Virus record (IMG/VR): IMGVR_UViG_3300032238_001026 | Location: 1-37,738 of that record | Source of the DNA: a virus | Taxonomy: Duplodnaviria > Caudoviricetes | Length of the DNA: 37,738 bases | Direction: 5' to 3' (one strand) | Shown here: piece after piece, positions 22,001 to 31,415 of the stretch | How positions within the stretch are numbered: position 1 is the first letter of the stretch | How the letters are laid out: each line of letters opens with the position of its first letter | Made by a program: the position numbers and the translations under genes | The notes under the pieces: generated by a model | Told to the model about the DNA's origin: nothing | What the model saw: only the letters and a program-made list of their open reading frames with translations | The model's database searches: none

Positions 22001-25000
22001 CGGACTTCCAACTTTATAACTCAAGTCAATATCTTTTACTGGTTTTAATGTTAAACCATCAAGAACAATTAATTTTGGATTTTTAATATAATTTTTTCCA
22101 CCAGAACTAATTCCTATTCTATCAATTATTGAAAGAACTCCTACTTTTAATATTTGAGGTAGTTTTGCAGTTGGTCCTAAAGTTTTATCTGAAGGATAAT
22201 CAAATCCAATATTATTGATTTTAACAGTTTTAACTCTTCCAATATTATTTGTTTTTACTCTCAAAACAGCTTGAGAGCCATAATCAGAAATTATAGACGA
22301 TACACCTGGAATATACTTATATCCCTGTCCCTTGCTATTAATATTGATCGTTGCTATTGGTCCATAGACATTTGTAGATTTGGTTGAATATTTTGATTCG
22401 CAATCAATTAAATTCAAATATCCCATCTTTTCTGGTTTTTCTGGGATTGGATATACGAATTTATTAGTCGTTACTCCAATTACAGGATATTCTCCATTAT
22501 ACTTACTACTTACAATTTCAATAGCATTTCTATCTTCAACTTCACTGTCAATAATGATTTCCTTTTTAACGTCAGATAAAGTTGCAATATCAATGGGATT
22601 TAAATTGTAATATAATTTTCTTGGTAAATTATTAGTTATTATTAAAGATGCTTTAGCTGTTGGACTAATTCCAATTATTCCCGAATAAGATACTTCAAAT
22701 ACAGTATCTTTTTCATCGGATTTGAAAATATGTTTGAAATTCTTATCTTTGTATAATGAGAAATTAAACGCAGATTTAAAATTATATGAAAGAGTGGAAC
22801 TTGATAAATCAAACTCTATTTTCTGATTTTTTTGTACTCTTATTCTTGGATTGATTTGATATATTGTTCCATCCGAAGATGAGGTTAAATTAATGTATAA
22901 TGGTATTTTTTTAAGAGCATCACTCTTACTTGAAGCAAGTTTAAAATTGTTATTATTGATTGAAATTATATAATATATTCCATTGTTTGTTAGTCCACCA
23001 ATTGGTGTTAATGGGTTGGAAGGTGTATAAATTACTTTTTGCCCGTCATAAAGTCCATGATCATTAATTTGAATAGAACTTTCCTGGGTATTGATATTTG
23101 CAGCAACAAAAGATTTTGGATTTAATACAATTCTTCTATTTTCATCATTATATTGTACTGTAATTACAGTGGTTGCCGTAGAAACTACATTCATATTAAT
23201 ATAGTTTCCTACTTGCAATCCATGCGTTTCTCCGGTAGAAACTGTTACTCTATTAATTGTAGAGTCACCTAAAACAATGTTATCATATTTTGTTTTGAAA
23301 CTATGATATACTCCAGTACCAAATCCTATAAAAGATATTTGAGGTGTCGTTGTTGATGTAGATCCTATACCAGATATAATTCCAGTTGAACCATAACCAA
23401 CTCTTACTGTAGAAATTCCTATTGTATCATTATCAACTTTTATAGCATAAAGTGATGGGAAGTTTGTTAAAGATGTAGATGTCCCATTGATAGAAACTGT
23501 TAGGGAAGATCCTCCATTAGAACTATACTCAAGTCTAGTTCCGGTTTTTAAATTATGATTTGGAATATAAATCGATTTTGTTGGAATTTCTATCGATTTT
23601 TCTTTTCCAATATAAGCAGTTACACCAACCCCCTGAAGAGTCGTTGAGTTAAAATTAACTGTTATTGATGTAGATCCTATAGAAGTTATCTTTAAATGTT
23701 GTTTATGAAACGCTGTACTTGCAATACCCGTTGAAGTCTTACTATTTGTTATTTCAATATATCCACCGGCGTTAAACTTATAGATATCAAAATCATTCTT
23801 AAAATAAAGAATGGTGGATGAACTAGTCGCAATTCCTACTGGAACATTTAAATTATCTAATCCAAAAAATAGTGCCGATGATATTCCAACTCCAGATGTT
23901 GTCCCCAATCCAACGGACTCTCTTGGATCAAAGTAAAACTGTCTATTTCTTACATATTCAAATGTAGTAGTAAATCCAGAATTAATAACGAATCTTCTTG
24001 GTCTATCTGAAAAATTCAATGAAGCTGAATGAGCTACTCCAACAGAATTATCATATCTTCTCAAAACTCTTACTCTTGAACTTCCTGGATCAATATTCAA
24101 TACTTTTACGAGTTCATCTTCTATCTCAAGAATATCATTTTCTTCAATATATGGATAATCTAATGGACCGGCAATACTGATATAAGTAACAATACCTGTT
24201 GTTGTTGAAGTTTCTATTCCAACTTTTAATGAGTAATATGTTGTATCTACCTTTGCAGTATAGAATCCTTTTATCTCAGTCCCATCTGTGCTTAATCCAC
24301 TTATAGTCACATATTCTCTGTTTATATAACCATGCGGAATAGAACTGATTGCAATAAAATTGCCTTTGTTTCCATAGGCAACAAATTCTACATTATTAAT
24401 AGTTGTTGAAGCTGTGCTAATTGTAGAAATTCCTACTCCAAATACAGACTCGACTTTTGCAAAAGCGTTAGAACCAAAGGTATTCTCATTATTGAATACT
24501 ATCTGATCTCTTGGTTGGTAGTTCTTACCAGCATTTACTATTTCTAGTCCAGATACAAACCCTCTTCCTATACTTTTAACTTCAGCATTGATAAAGTTTC
24601 CATCACTTAATGGATTTTCTAAGAAATTATAGAATGTTCTTGATTTTGCAAAATTATATGCATATGTGTTTCTAGTCCAGTTAGTATCATTAAGATCTAA
24701 ATCATTTTGATTTGACTCTTTTTTAAAATTAAATAGATCTGGTTTTGACTTATATGAATCTCCAACTAAGTATGGAAAGATAGGTTTTCTTTGGTTTCTG
24801 AAGGGTCCATCAGTTTCAATGCTTTCATCAGAAATTGTAGCAAAATAAGCATATGTTCCGTTTGGAAAATCTGGTGTAGCACAATATCTACCATTATGTT
24901 GATCTAAGTATTGTTCATTATTTCCGTTAGTTGCATTATAAACATAGTCCTCTACAAAAAATCCTGCTGGGAAATTTGATGGTCTATCTGGATCCAAATC

Positions 25001-28000
25001 TAAAATGTATCCAGATTTCATTCTAACTACAGGTCCGCCAGCAATAGCTGAATATCCATATGGACCATAAATTGGATTTCCATCATAAGCCCATCCAATA
25101 ATTGGAGAATGATATCTTAAAACTGGATCTGTGTCAGATTCAATATCTGGTCTATATGTATTATTACCATCTTCATTTACTGTGACTGCATTTAAAATCC
25201 TTCTGAGTGCCCTTGGGATATATACATGCGAATATTGCAATCCATAGTTTGGATTTAATCCGTTTGAAATTACACCATCATCTAGTGTTAATTCATTAGT
25301 TCTTGAAAGTCTTTCAAAAGTATTAATATTCCATTGTTTAATCTTAGCAGCAAATTCAGCTTCAAAACCAGATTCAATTGCAATTACTTTGGTATCTTTT
25401 TGCGAATATCCATATCCACCATTAATAACTTTAATATCAACTAGTATTCCATCTTGAATTATTGGTACTAGAATAGCACCACTACCACTTCCCTCTATAA
25501 TAATATTTGGAGTAGAATTATAATTAGATCCAGAATAGTTTATCAATACATCTTTTATTATTCCACCAGATACAATTGGAACTAACTGTGCAGAAGAACC
25601 TCTAATTAGGTCAAAAATTGGTTGTTTGTTGAAATTAATAATATCTGGAGATCCATACCCGGATCCAACATCAACTACATTAACCGAAGTAATTGATCCT
25701 CTAAAAACAGGTCTTAAAACAGCTTGATAATTATCATTTCCAGTTGTACCAATCCCTAATCTACCAGATATTTTTATAGCAATTGGTTGATAATTAAACG
25801 TATGTATACCGACACCTTTTGAAGTTAGATTAACATACTGTTTTGTTTTGTAAAAAGAATTTTCTTGCCCAGGTGATCCAATTTGAGAAAGTTTAAAATT
25901 ATTTGAGTCTACTTTTGTTACATAATATGAAGTAGCACCTAACCCCCCTATTGGTTGAGATGGAGGATCGTAAACAATAATGTCGCCACTAGAGTATCCA
26001 TGATTTCTTATTTTGAGTGTGTCTAAAGAAACTATGATATCATTAAAATTACGAGTATCTGCAGTATCTACTGCAGTTTTATTATTTTTATATCCACTTC
26101 CTGGTGAAATGATATTAACTGATCCTATTATTTTTTTCTTTATTAAAGATTTTAATACATGATTTCCAATACCTAAAGTAGTACCTATACCTACATAATT
26201 ACTATTGCTTAAAACAGCATCATTTTTTTCTTTATAAAGTCTAACTTTTTTGGGATCAACAATAGATACGTAATATGAAGCATCTGTAGTTAATCCGGCA
26301 ATGGACCTTTGGTTATTTGTGTAATAAAATACTTTTTCTCCATTTCTAAATTTATGATCAGTGGAAAATCCAATAATACTATTTGCAACGTCAATTAATC
26401 CGCCTTTTTCTGTTGCATTAAAAACAACCTCATGATCTATTGATATTAAATTAGCACTTATTCTTGCACCAGATCCATCTCCACCCGAGATTGTAATAGT
26501 TGGATTTTCTAAGTAATCAAATCCTCTATCTAAAATATCAACTCTTTCTAGTTGACCAGTTACAGCACAATATCCAGTACACCCAGTTCCTGTTGGATCC
26601 GAAATTTGTAATATTGGTGGATTTATAACATCATATCCAGAACCATCGGAAAGAACCTCAATAGATTCAATTGGTCCATAAAAAATTGAGTCTTTAGACT
26701 TATAGTTAAGAATTTCTACACCATTTTTTAAAATACCAACAAATCCAGATTCAGTTTTATGAGTCTTTGAGTCATTTACTATATTACCAATTTTTCTAAT
26801 AATATTTTGAGATTCTAATTTTTGATATGAAAAATCAAAATACTCAAATTTATTTTGATTTCCAGTTAGATTTCCGGAAACTTTGACAAATGATTCAGTG
26901 TAAATATTTGATCTACTTCTAGATAATTTAATATTTTTATCATCAACTTTTTTAACAAAATAAACTCCTTCAGCAAGATCTAACCTATTACCTTCTGGTC
27001 CTGGTCTGTATACTACAGAATCTCCCGTATAGAAACTGTTAGGTCCGATTTCTATTAGTTCAGTGCTTCTAAAAGAACCATTAAAAGTCTTAGATAAATC
27101 TCGTACATCTACACCTTCTTGATAGTTTGGTAAAGATGTTGAAGCAACATAAATTTCAGCATCATCTCCAAAATAAACATTTTGTATATTTGCATTATAA
27201 ACGTTAGATTCTGGTGAGTTTAAAGTATTTACCTTTGCAATTCTTCTTGTTACAATATAAGAAGTATTTAAATTTAAAGTTCCTTGTTCACCAATAATAA
27301 AACTATTATCTTTACTAACTTTTAATACTTTTGCAATTTTTTTAACACCGTCTGCAGATTCTAAGATAACGCTATCAAATCTTGAAATTGTGTGGTCATC
27401 AAAGGTGGTTATTCTGTAGGTTGGATCTGAAGAAGTAACGACAATAGATTTAACTGCATATGTAACTGGAATATTATAAACCCAATTATTTTCTCTAGAA
27501 GTTGTCCCTTCTTTACCTAAAGAGATGATATTAATATCATCTCCGGATTCGCACAAATATGTATTTGTTTGTATGTCCAAATCTGATAAAACACCAGACA
27601 CTCTTACCCTAATTTGATCCCCATTATCTGATAATCCATAGGCATAATCATTAATTCTTAGTTCATATTTGTTTTTTGTTAAAATTTCGGGAAGACCCTG
27701 ACATCCTAAAAATTGATTAATTGTTTTTCCAGTATATGTAAGTGGAATCTCAACGATACTTGCAAGTTGATTGTCGTCATATAAAAATATTTTTAAAAGC
27801 AGTTCTCCAGAGTTTGGAAATCCTACAGTAGAATCAACTGAAATTGTTGTTGCACCAGACTCAATATCCTCGGTGTTAACGATTTTTGTTTTTGGGTGAA
27901 TTGTAAAAGTTCCAAAAATTGATCCAGATAAAGCAATATCTTTATCATATTCATAGTCTAATTTTATTTTATAGTATTCTCTATTGTTCTTAAATAATCT

Positions 28001-28825
28001 TTCAACATCTACTACAGATCCATAAGCTTTAGTTGAATAATCAGTTTCTTCCTGAGTTAAAGTTTTATTAACTAAGTCTCTTGGATCCCCCACAATTGCT
28101 TCAACGACCAAATCTTTCGTACTTTTAAACCTAGCATCTGATGCTTGGAATAAGTAATCTCTTGGTTTTACGATTTCAATCTCTTCTCCATAAAGAGCTT
28201 TAAATAGAATTTTAAAAGATTCGTCTGTTCCTTTAGATGAATAAAAATCTCTTGCTTGCTTTACAAAAATATTTTCATTTAAATTTGATACTAGAGTCCT
28301 ACCATCAAATCCAGGAGCAAATTGTCTTTTTAGTTTGAGTAAAAATTCTTCTAAAAAGAGAGTATTTAAATTTCTAACTACACTATTGCTATTATGTCCT
28401 GTAGCATTAGTCTCCGAAAAAACTAAATCTTCAGGCTTTAAAGAGTTTCTGAAAGAAGTTATACCTACAAAACCCCTAATACAACCAGTAAAACTGTTAG
28501 TTGTTATCCCCGTATATGTAATTATTTCTTCTCCGATTTGGAGTAATCCATGTTGTTTTGAGAATCCTTCCGTCGAGTCTACCTTTATGGTTTTATCATA
28601 AAACTCAATAGAAGATGTTAAGGAAGTTGTTTTTGCTAGTCCTGTAACATTGTCCAACTTTATGTATTGGTCAATATTGCTTAATAAGTCAAGAGGAGCG
28701 CCCTGATGCTCTACAGCCGTATAATACTGAGATAAAAACTCAGATGCAAGTGGATATTCTTCCCTAATGAATTCTGGAAGTTGACTTTCTAGAATAGTTG
28801 CAATTTTTACTCTTGACTTGACCAT
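16037..28825 (-). CDS. gp7: Giant baseplate wedge initiator (gp7-like), 4,262 aa, with GxGY repeats and a YHYH-like segment
   Basis: Lies between gp6 and gp8. N-terminal QLPEFI..EYP...FL..YY and DFYSSKGT..S..ILFKALY; internal LHDNDYYQYFSY...HTSGFKKF. Confidence 0.8.
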   Translation of the reverse strand: MVKSRVKIATILESQLPEFIREEYPLASEFLSQYYTAVEHQGAPLDLLSNIDQYIKLDNVTGLAKTTSLTSSIEFYDKTIKVDSTEGFSKQHGLLQIGEEIITYTGITTNSFTGCIRGFVGITSFRNSLKPEDLVFSETNATGHNSNSVVRNLNTLFLEEFLLKLKRQFAPGFDGRTLVSNLNENIFVKQARDFYSSKGTDESFKILFKALYGEEIEIVKPRDYLFQASDARFKSTKDLVVEAIVGDPRDLVNKTLTQEETDYSTKAYGSVVDVERLFKNNREYYKIKLDYEYDKDIALSGSIFGTFTIHPKTKIVNTEDIESGATTISVDSTVGFPNSGELLLKIFLYDDNQLASIVEIPLTYTGKTINQFLGCQGLPEILTKNKYELRINDYAYGLSDNGDQIRVRVSGVLSDLDIQTNTYLCESGDDINIISLGKEGTTSRENNWVYNIPVTYAVKSIVVTSSDPTYRITTFDDHTISRFDSVILESADGVKKIAKVLKVSKDNSFIIGEQGTLNLNTSYIVTRRIAKVNTLNSPESNVYNANIQNVYFGDDAEIYVASTSLPNYQEGVDVRDLSKTFNGSFRSTELIEIGPNSFYTGDSVVYRPGPEGNRLDLAEGVYFVKKVDDKNIKLSRSRSNIYTESFVKVSGNLTGNQNKFEYFDFSYQKLESQNIIRKIGNIVNDSKTHKTESGFVGILKNGVEILNYKSKDSIFYGPIESIEVLSDGSGYDVINPPILQISDPTGTGCTGYCAVTGQLERVDILDRGFDYLENPTITISGGDGSGARISANLISIDHEVVFNATEKGGLIDVANSIIGFSTDHKFRNGEKVFYYTNNQRSIAGLTTDASYYVSIVDPKKVRLYKEKNDAVLSNSNYVGIGTTLGIGNHVLKSLIKKKIIGSVNIISPGSGYKNNKTAVDTADTRNFNDIIVSLDTLKIRNHGYSSGDIIVYDPPSQPIGGLGATSYYVTKVDSNNFKLSQIGSPGQENSFYKTKQYVNLTSKGVGIHTFNYQPIAIKISGRLGIGTTGNDNYQAVLRPVFRGSITSVNVVDVGSGYGSPDIINFNKQPIFDLIRGSSAQLVPIVSGGIIKDVLINYSGSNYNSTPNIIIEGSGSGAILVPIIQDGILVDIKVINGGYGYSQKDTKVIAIESGFEAEFAAKIKQWNINTFERLSRTNELTLDDGVISNGLNPNYGLQYSHVYIPRALRRILNAVTVNEDGNNTYRPDIESDTDPVLRYHSPIIGWAYDGNPIYGPYGYSAIAGGPVVRMKSGYILDLDPDRPSNFPAGFFVEDYVYNATNGNNEQYLDQHNGRYCATPDFPNGTYAYFATISDESIETDGPFRNQRKPIFPYLVGDSYKSKPDLFNFKKESNQNDLDLNDTNWTRNTYAYNFAKSRTFYNFLENPLSDGNFINAEVKSIGRGFVSGLEIVNAGKNYQPRDQIVFNNENTFGSNAFAKVESVFGVGISTISTASTTINNVEFVAYGNKGNFIAISSIPHGYINREYVTISGLSTDGTEIKGFYTAKVDTTYYSLKVGIETSTTTGIVTYISIAGPLDYPYIEENDILEIEDELVKVLNIDPGSSRVRVLRRYDNSVGVAHSASLNFSDRPRRFVINSGFTTTFEYVRNRQFYFDPRESVGLGTTSGVGISSALFFGLDNLNVPVGIATSSSTILYFKNDFDIYKFNAGGYIEITNSKTSTGIASTAFHKQHLKITSIGSTSITVNFNSTTLQGVGVTAYIGKEKSIEIPTKSIYIPNHNLKTGTRLEYSSNGGSSLTVSINGTSTSLTNFPSLYAIKVDNDTIGISTVRVGYGSTGIISGIGSTSTTTPQISFIGFGTGVYHSFKTKYDNIVLGDSTINRVTVSTGETHGLQVGNYINMNVVSTATTVITVQYNDENRRIVLNPKSFVAANINTQESSIQINDHGLYDGQKVIYTPSNPLTPIGGLTNNGIYYIISINNNNFKLASSKSDALKKIPLYINLTSSSDGTIYQINPRIRVQKNQKIEFDLSSSTLSYNFKSAFNFSLYKDKNFKHIFKSDEKDTVFEVSYSGIIGISPTAKASLIITNNLPRKLYYNLNPIDIATLSDVKKEIIIDSEVEDRNAIEIVSSKYNGEYPVIGVTTNKFVYPIPEKPEKMGYLNLIDCESKYSTKSTNVYGPIATININSKGQGYKYIPGVSSIISDYGSQAVLRVKTNNIGRVKTVKINNIGFDYPSDKTLGPTAKLPQILKVGVLSIIDRIGISSGGKNYIKNPKLIVLDGLTLKPVKDIDLSYKVGSPTVKIIKNTDGINNVTPLIIPTKNPNGVKINYITFDSPTGIATAGIAVSYSDAKDFPFNVGDRILIENTQVISKSGKGFNSKDYNYRLFNIVSTDPNIGGENGSITYDMSSILQDGYLPGTYDTINSIGTIVPEKYFPKFKITLKQKDFRTGETIKFGSKTAKVERWDDQNNYLKISGNQSFSTGDLIFGRSSRTKAIVEDVISFDSQYNIDSYSISPAGFFRETGFLNDNLQRLHDNDYYQYFSYAISSKIPMDVWEEPVSTLNHTSGFKKFSDLKVESYDSTYAGITTSQDEGSFFGINDITRTVNINCINDFDLASENSILIDSELVSNQIIFATRIIQDYSEALTNRVLVIDDISNQFTSENEDITYSVADTVADIFDFTSKVSQKYLTFVKDKRFVEKRQLSNVTLIQDNLSGYINEYGKVYTDEDLGSFDINTYYNTSDIVFVPNESKENSYSVDILSFNPSYTESVSGISSLNIGSKVNIKSNKLTYNGLGEKTIVGIASTYRSAKILVEIANSKNEIEFNELSLVHNGSTVSLLEYGKLNNSRSYSTGIGTYGAELVSNNIKVNFYPNSTGIGTVKVLSVSIANTSTSGVSTYKLSNSILNTNTIGIASTSSPGITTIASYNHLYYGENYSGSYYILSVSDKVNNRHQISEVVVIDDGSDAVFVEYANNSTSSGLGTVGVGVTNSTTNLYYTPISNTELQVTVFQSAIGVKNEVITTQKIDFSQGSLKVLSSSYTGTEILDFKYDLYHKNLPIFEREFDASDSSIISISNNSIKLLNHFFVSGEEVNYSIADPTIESPVGIATTSIVGIGSTNKLPSTLYTVKVSNSEIKLASSAQNALADPPECLIITSLGVGKRHKLTAKNQISKSLITIDGIIQSPIANSYIKTSLSTSITTYSNVIKVSGIGSLASGDLIKIDNEIMKVKNVGAANTVTVYRSRLGTELSSHSIGTSVTKLYGNYDIINNSIYFVDRPYGTTPVGLPTSKPDQRDYSGITTQSYFSGRVFTRSGVPNSNQKAYSDNFVYDDISNQFNGFTTSFALKSNGSNPTGIQTYNPIVLIKGVFQNNERSGTAVDVTGNFKLDDSSGISTITFFGYSGIQTSDINVSNIPIGGVIVSVGSSQGFGYQPLVAAGATVRVSLAGTISAISIGNSGSGYRSGIQTAVTIYARNSGNISYGSTIIGFGTVYQGNIANPVLTNSGIGFTNYVTTRTSYASASVSAGSTIVYSANLSFVSAGDYASVGSALTNVKIVGINTGFFTIGSASTSSVGINTYDAITFKQYSPPTITIDRPIGYINIPLKYTAGTTGLGTGASIDVVVGQGSSVIDFTIKNYGFGYKPGDILTADTSSIGIQTIRSSSQFREFYLFVENVYFNEFSAWSFGELQIIDDIAPNFNGRRKIFNISIDGKITSITTKKGSNIDIQSNLIIFVNDILQNPGESYFFDGGSTIEFSDPPKGPDASGQGGDTCKIFYYRGTKDVDVIDADILETVKIGDDLTLTSDDEKYQQEERSVILVDSTSSVITNAYSENGVSEDPKLKRPVIWCKQTEDKIIEGKEVGKDRVLYEALINPVATVIRSVGINTTQIFVDSIKPFFNDKKENIGNKLSSKIEIYNNIDNFVSAAATCIVSAAGTIQSLVLNSGGNGYTNAPTITFTEPYGIGNTGRASATASITSGVVTSITIDNPGIGYSLGRLQNVSISSTFFGSGFPEKTATYSNLRLSSLTGEGRDATVTLGVVNDRVNQINVSEQGTGYKVGDLLTVTSIDAETEVKNLDLEVILNVVSIESPTVFIDPPNIENVEKIDNVTYEGDFGIITGIKTTSIGTDKGLIFDLFIPYNSTIRNANVNVGLGTTGFSGIQTGYFFVAYNTNVGNAITSYGLNGSSVGVGTTFIDNIYQAVSVSYGSTSAIGVGLTNLVSVTVKVSNNNITGLGYSSYYGNYSWGKITTTGKNTKSFVVQTNNGITGLSTCPVVRRRYPLKYELYAL

Positions 28826-28829
28826 ATTA

Positions 28830-30755
28830 TTATCTCGTTAATTCCCCAGTTGAATAACTTGAAAGTAAGTTAGAATTTTTTCTATAAAAACTTGATCCTG
28901 ACGGATCTGATCCTGATGATATATCATCAGGAATTAAATTAAATTTACTGCTATTAATATCTAGTTGAAGATAAAGATCCTGTTTTCCGATAATATCATT
29001 TGATTTTGGAGCTACGGAAAGTTCAATAATTGGTGCCCCCTTAAATTTACTTGTTGAAATAAAATTGATTGGTTTTAGTTTTATTTCTCCTTTTACATAA
29101 TTAACACTTCCAATAGATTTTCTCAGAACAACATAGTTATTAGAAGAAGTTTTTCTGAATAAGAATATTGTTCCAGTTTTCCCACCAGATCTTGGTAGAT
29201 CAGTTAAATAAACAGTTCCTGATATTCCAGAAACTTTAAAACCAGAACTCTTTATGTTAAATCCTTTGCAAGAATCTTTAACATAAAATTCATTACCATA
29301 ACAAATTTCATATTCACCAAAGGAATTTAAAATAGGTCTTAAATCCCTTCTCATTTGTACTCTTGTAATGTTTGATGTAATTGACTCGTGACTTTCGTCA
29401 ATTATTTTTAAAAACTTACTATATTTAAATTTAGCGCCATATTTGTTTAATTCAGAAGATTGTGCATAACTGTTAACATTATTTTGAACCAAAGAAGATA
29501 CATAGTTTGCGCTTGGTGCGGAATTTGAATCGTAGTTGATTGTCGAATTAATCTCAATGTAAAGATACTTTAGATCAATTATTTCTGGGATAATTCCGGC
29601 AACACTATATTTTTTTAAGTCTCTTTTTAAATTTTCTTTTATACTATTTGGCAAATAACTTCCAGATTTTGGTTTGATTACCAAATATACTCTTCCATAT
29701 TGAGGTGGATCTAATTCTTCTCCCCCAAAAGTAGAGACAGACTCAGTATCTTTATAAATTCTTGGAATAATTGCCTCATAGTCCGCTGCAGTTACTGCAC
29801 GGTTTTGTGCTGAATAAATCCTAGGAGCATATTTTCTTATTGAAGATACGGATTCAATTTCAGCACCTCCTTGAGAAGGGGTATTTGTTTGAATTGCAGA
29901 AATACCTGAGGTAATGATATTATCATTATTATCAAGCAATCTACCATTATAATTAAAAGATGATATATTATTTCCAGATGGGCCGTTAGTAACAATATAT
30001 GCTACGTTAATATAATTATTGTTTTCTAAACTTCTACCAAATTTACCGTCTCCAAAGATTAACTCATATCTTTGATCTTCAATCTCTTGAATAAAACATA
30101 CTCTTGATGTTGAAGTTATTCCAAATAAATTATCTACAATATTAAATTTTCTGGATATAGTGCTCTGCTCACTATCTCTAACTATAATGTCGATTAAAGA
30201 TGTATCAACATTTGCATTATTTAAAATAAATCTTTGATTTGGATTATTGACTTGATATATGAAATTTGCATTGATATAAGTTCCTTCATATATTTCAACG
30301 CCATCAAAGTTTGCAATATTAGAAACTACTGGAACAGTGATATCATTTGGAATAGAAAACACATAATTATCACCAAAAACATTTTCTGATGTAAATACTA
30401 TTCCTTTCTTTAGAGTTAAAGTAACAGGAGATTCTGTAAGACCAATATTACTAGTATCTACGCTAAAAGTTATTGTTGCTTTAGAAGCTTTTCTTGATCT
30501 TGGAATATATCCAATATTTCTCGCCAGTGCTACAATATTTTCTCTCAGAGTAGCACTATCAATGAATACCTCATTGCTAATCATATTAGCATTGTAAGCA
30601 TTAATATAAGTGTTATATGCTAATAGTTCTACAATTGCCGACAAATTAGATCCGTCGAAATCGTAGTCAGTAAAGTTTGAATTCGCTCTTAGATACTCTA
30701 TGAGCGTGACTTTAATTTGATCGAAGTCTAAATTTGTAAAATTTACTAGGGGCAT
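28830..30755 (-). CDS. gp6: Baseplate wedge subunit (T4 gp6-like)
   Basis: LDFDQIK..L..YL, DYDFDGSNL, LAYNTY, FGDGKFG and QNRAVTAADY motifs. Confidence 0.93.
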   Translation of the reverse strand: MPLVNFTNLDFDQIKVTLIEYLRANSNFTDYDFDGSNLSAIVELLAYNTYINAYNANMISNEVFIDSATLRENIVALARNIGYIPRSRKASKATITFSVDTSNIGLTESPVTLTLKKGIVFTSENVFGDNYVFSIPNDITVPVVSNIANFDGVEIYEGTYINANFIYQVNNPNQRFILNNANVDTSLIDIIVRDSEQSTISRKFNIVDNLFGITSTSRVCFIQEIEDQRYELIFGDGKFGRSLENNNYINVAYIVTNGPSGNNISSFNYNGRLLDNNDNIITSGISAIQTNTPSQGGAEIESVSSIRKYAPRIYSAQNRAVTAADYEAIIPRIYKDTESVSTFGGEELDPPQYGRVYLVIKPKSGSYLPNSIKENLKRDLKKYSVAGIIPEIIDLKYLYIEINSTINYDSNSAPSANYVSSLVQNNVNSYAQSSELNKYGAKFKYSKFLKIIDESHESITSNITRVQMRRDLRPILNSFGEYEICYGNEFYVKDSCKGFNIKSSGFKVSGISGTVYLTDLPRSGGKTGTIFLFRKTSSNNYVVLRKSIGSVNYVKGEIKLKPINFISTSKFKGAPIIELSVAPKSNDIIGKQDLYLQLDINSSKFNLIPDDISSGSDPSGSSFYRKNSNLLSSYSTGELTR

Positions 30756-31157
30756 TTATCTTGTAGGTAGTAAAGCAAATGATAATTCTTGTGGTGTTAC
30801 ATCAATCCCGACAATTCTATAATCGATCAACACATCAAACTGATTATTATCGTAGTCTGGAGTTACTTCGACAAAATTCAAAGATACTCTAGGTTCATAA
30901 TTTTTTATAACAAATTCAATTTCTTCCTGTAGATATTTTGCTGTAATTTCATCCAGATTTTCAAACAGTAGTTTTTTAATTCTAGATCCGTAAAATGGAT
31001 CAAAAAATCTTTCACCTCGGTTCGTTAATACTAAATTTCTGACGGATCTAGATATTGCAGTTTCATTTCTGAGGGCAATAAGGTCCTTATTCAGGGGATT
31101 AACCTGAAAAGATAAACTAGTATCTCTAAAAGCCTTACTGACTCTCTCTACTGGCAT
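30756..31157 (-). CDS. gp25: Baseplate wedge subunit / sheath initiator (T4 gp25-like)
   Basis: AI..SVRNLVLT..GERFF.P.YGS and NYEPRV motifs of the GPW/gp25 family. Confidence 0.93.
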   Translation of the reverse strand: MPVERVSKAFRDTSLSFQVNPLNKDLIALRNETAISRSVRNLVLTNRGERFFDPFYGSRIKKLLFENLDEITAKYLQEEIEFVIKNYEPRVSLNFVEVTPDYDNNQFDVLIDYRIVGIDVTPQELSFALLPTR

Positions 31158-31177
31158 TTAATAGTACAATTCTATCT

Positions 31178-31185
31178 TATTTATT
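31178..31185 (-). promoter_or_regulatory. Late promoter (NATAAATA) driving the baseplate operon
   Basis: AATAAATA on the - strand, 20 nt upstream of the gp25 ATG. Confidence 0.7.
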
Positions 31186-31186
31186 A

Positions 31187-31366
31187 CTATTCTTTTAGGA
31201 TTTTTGACCGATAAGTTGGTTCCGTTCCATACTCCCAATCATCATAATCTTCATCATTTCTAATTTTTTCATGAATTTCATTTTGAATCTCAAAATTATG
31301 CCTTTTGGGGGTTAAATCGTCGTGAGAGATCTCCCTTAACATTTGACTTTGGTTGGATGGATTCAT
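31187..31366 (-). CDS. Hypothetical acidic protein, 59 aa
   Basis: Hand translation: MNPSNQSQMLREISHDDLTPKRHNFEIQNEIHEKIRNDEDYDDWEYGTEPTYRSKILKE*. AGGAG Shine-Dalgarno 5 nt upstream of the ATG. Confidence 0.75.
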   Translation of the reverse strand: MNPSNQSQMLREISHDDLTPKRHNFEIQNEIHEKIRNDEDYDDWEYGTEPTYRSKILKE

Positions 31367-31371
31367 TTTTT

Positions 31372-31415
31372 CTCCTGATTTGAAAAATCAGAACTTTTTA
31401 CGGGGTTCTATCCCG
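31372..31415 (-). promoter_or_regulatory. Candidate cis-regulatory RNA (H-type pseudoknot versus SD-sequestering hairpin)
   Basis: The - strand reads CGGG AT AGAAC CCCG TAAAAA GTTCT GATTT TTC AAATCAGGAG. Pairings were inferred by eye. Confidence 0.45.

Noticed and set aside
1009-28601. Numerous short + strand ORFs and nested - strand ORFs (e.g. 4655..4915, 18862..19047)
   Set aside because: They lie fully within well-supported structural genes and have the composition of codon-bias shadows.
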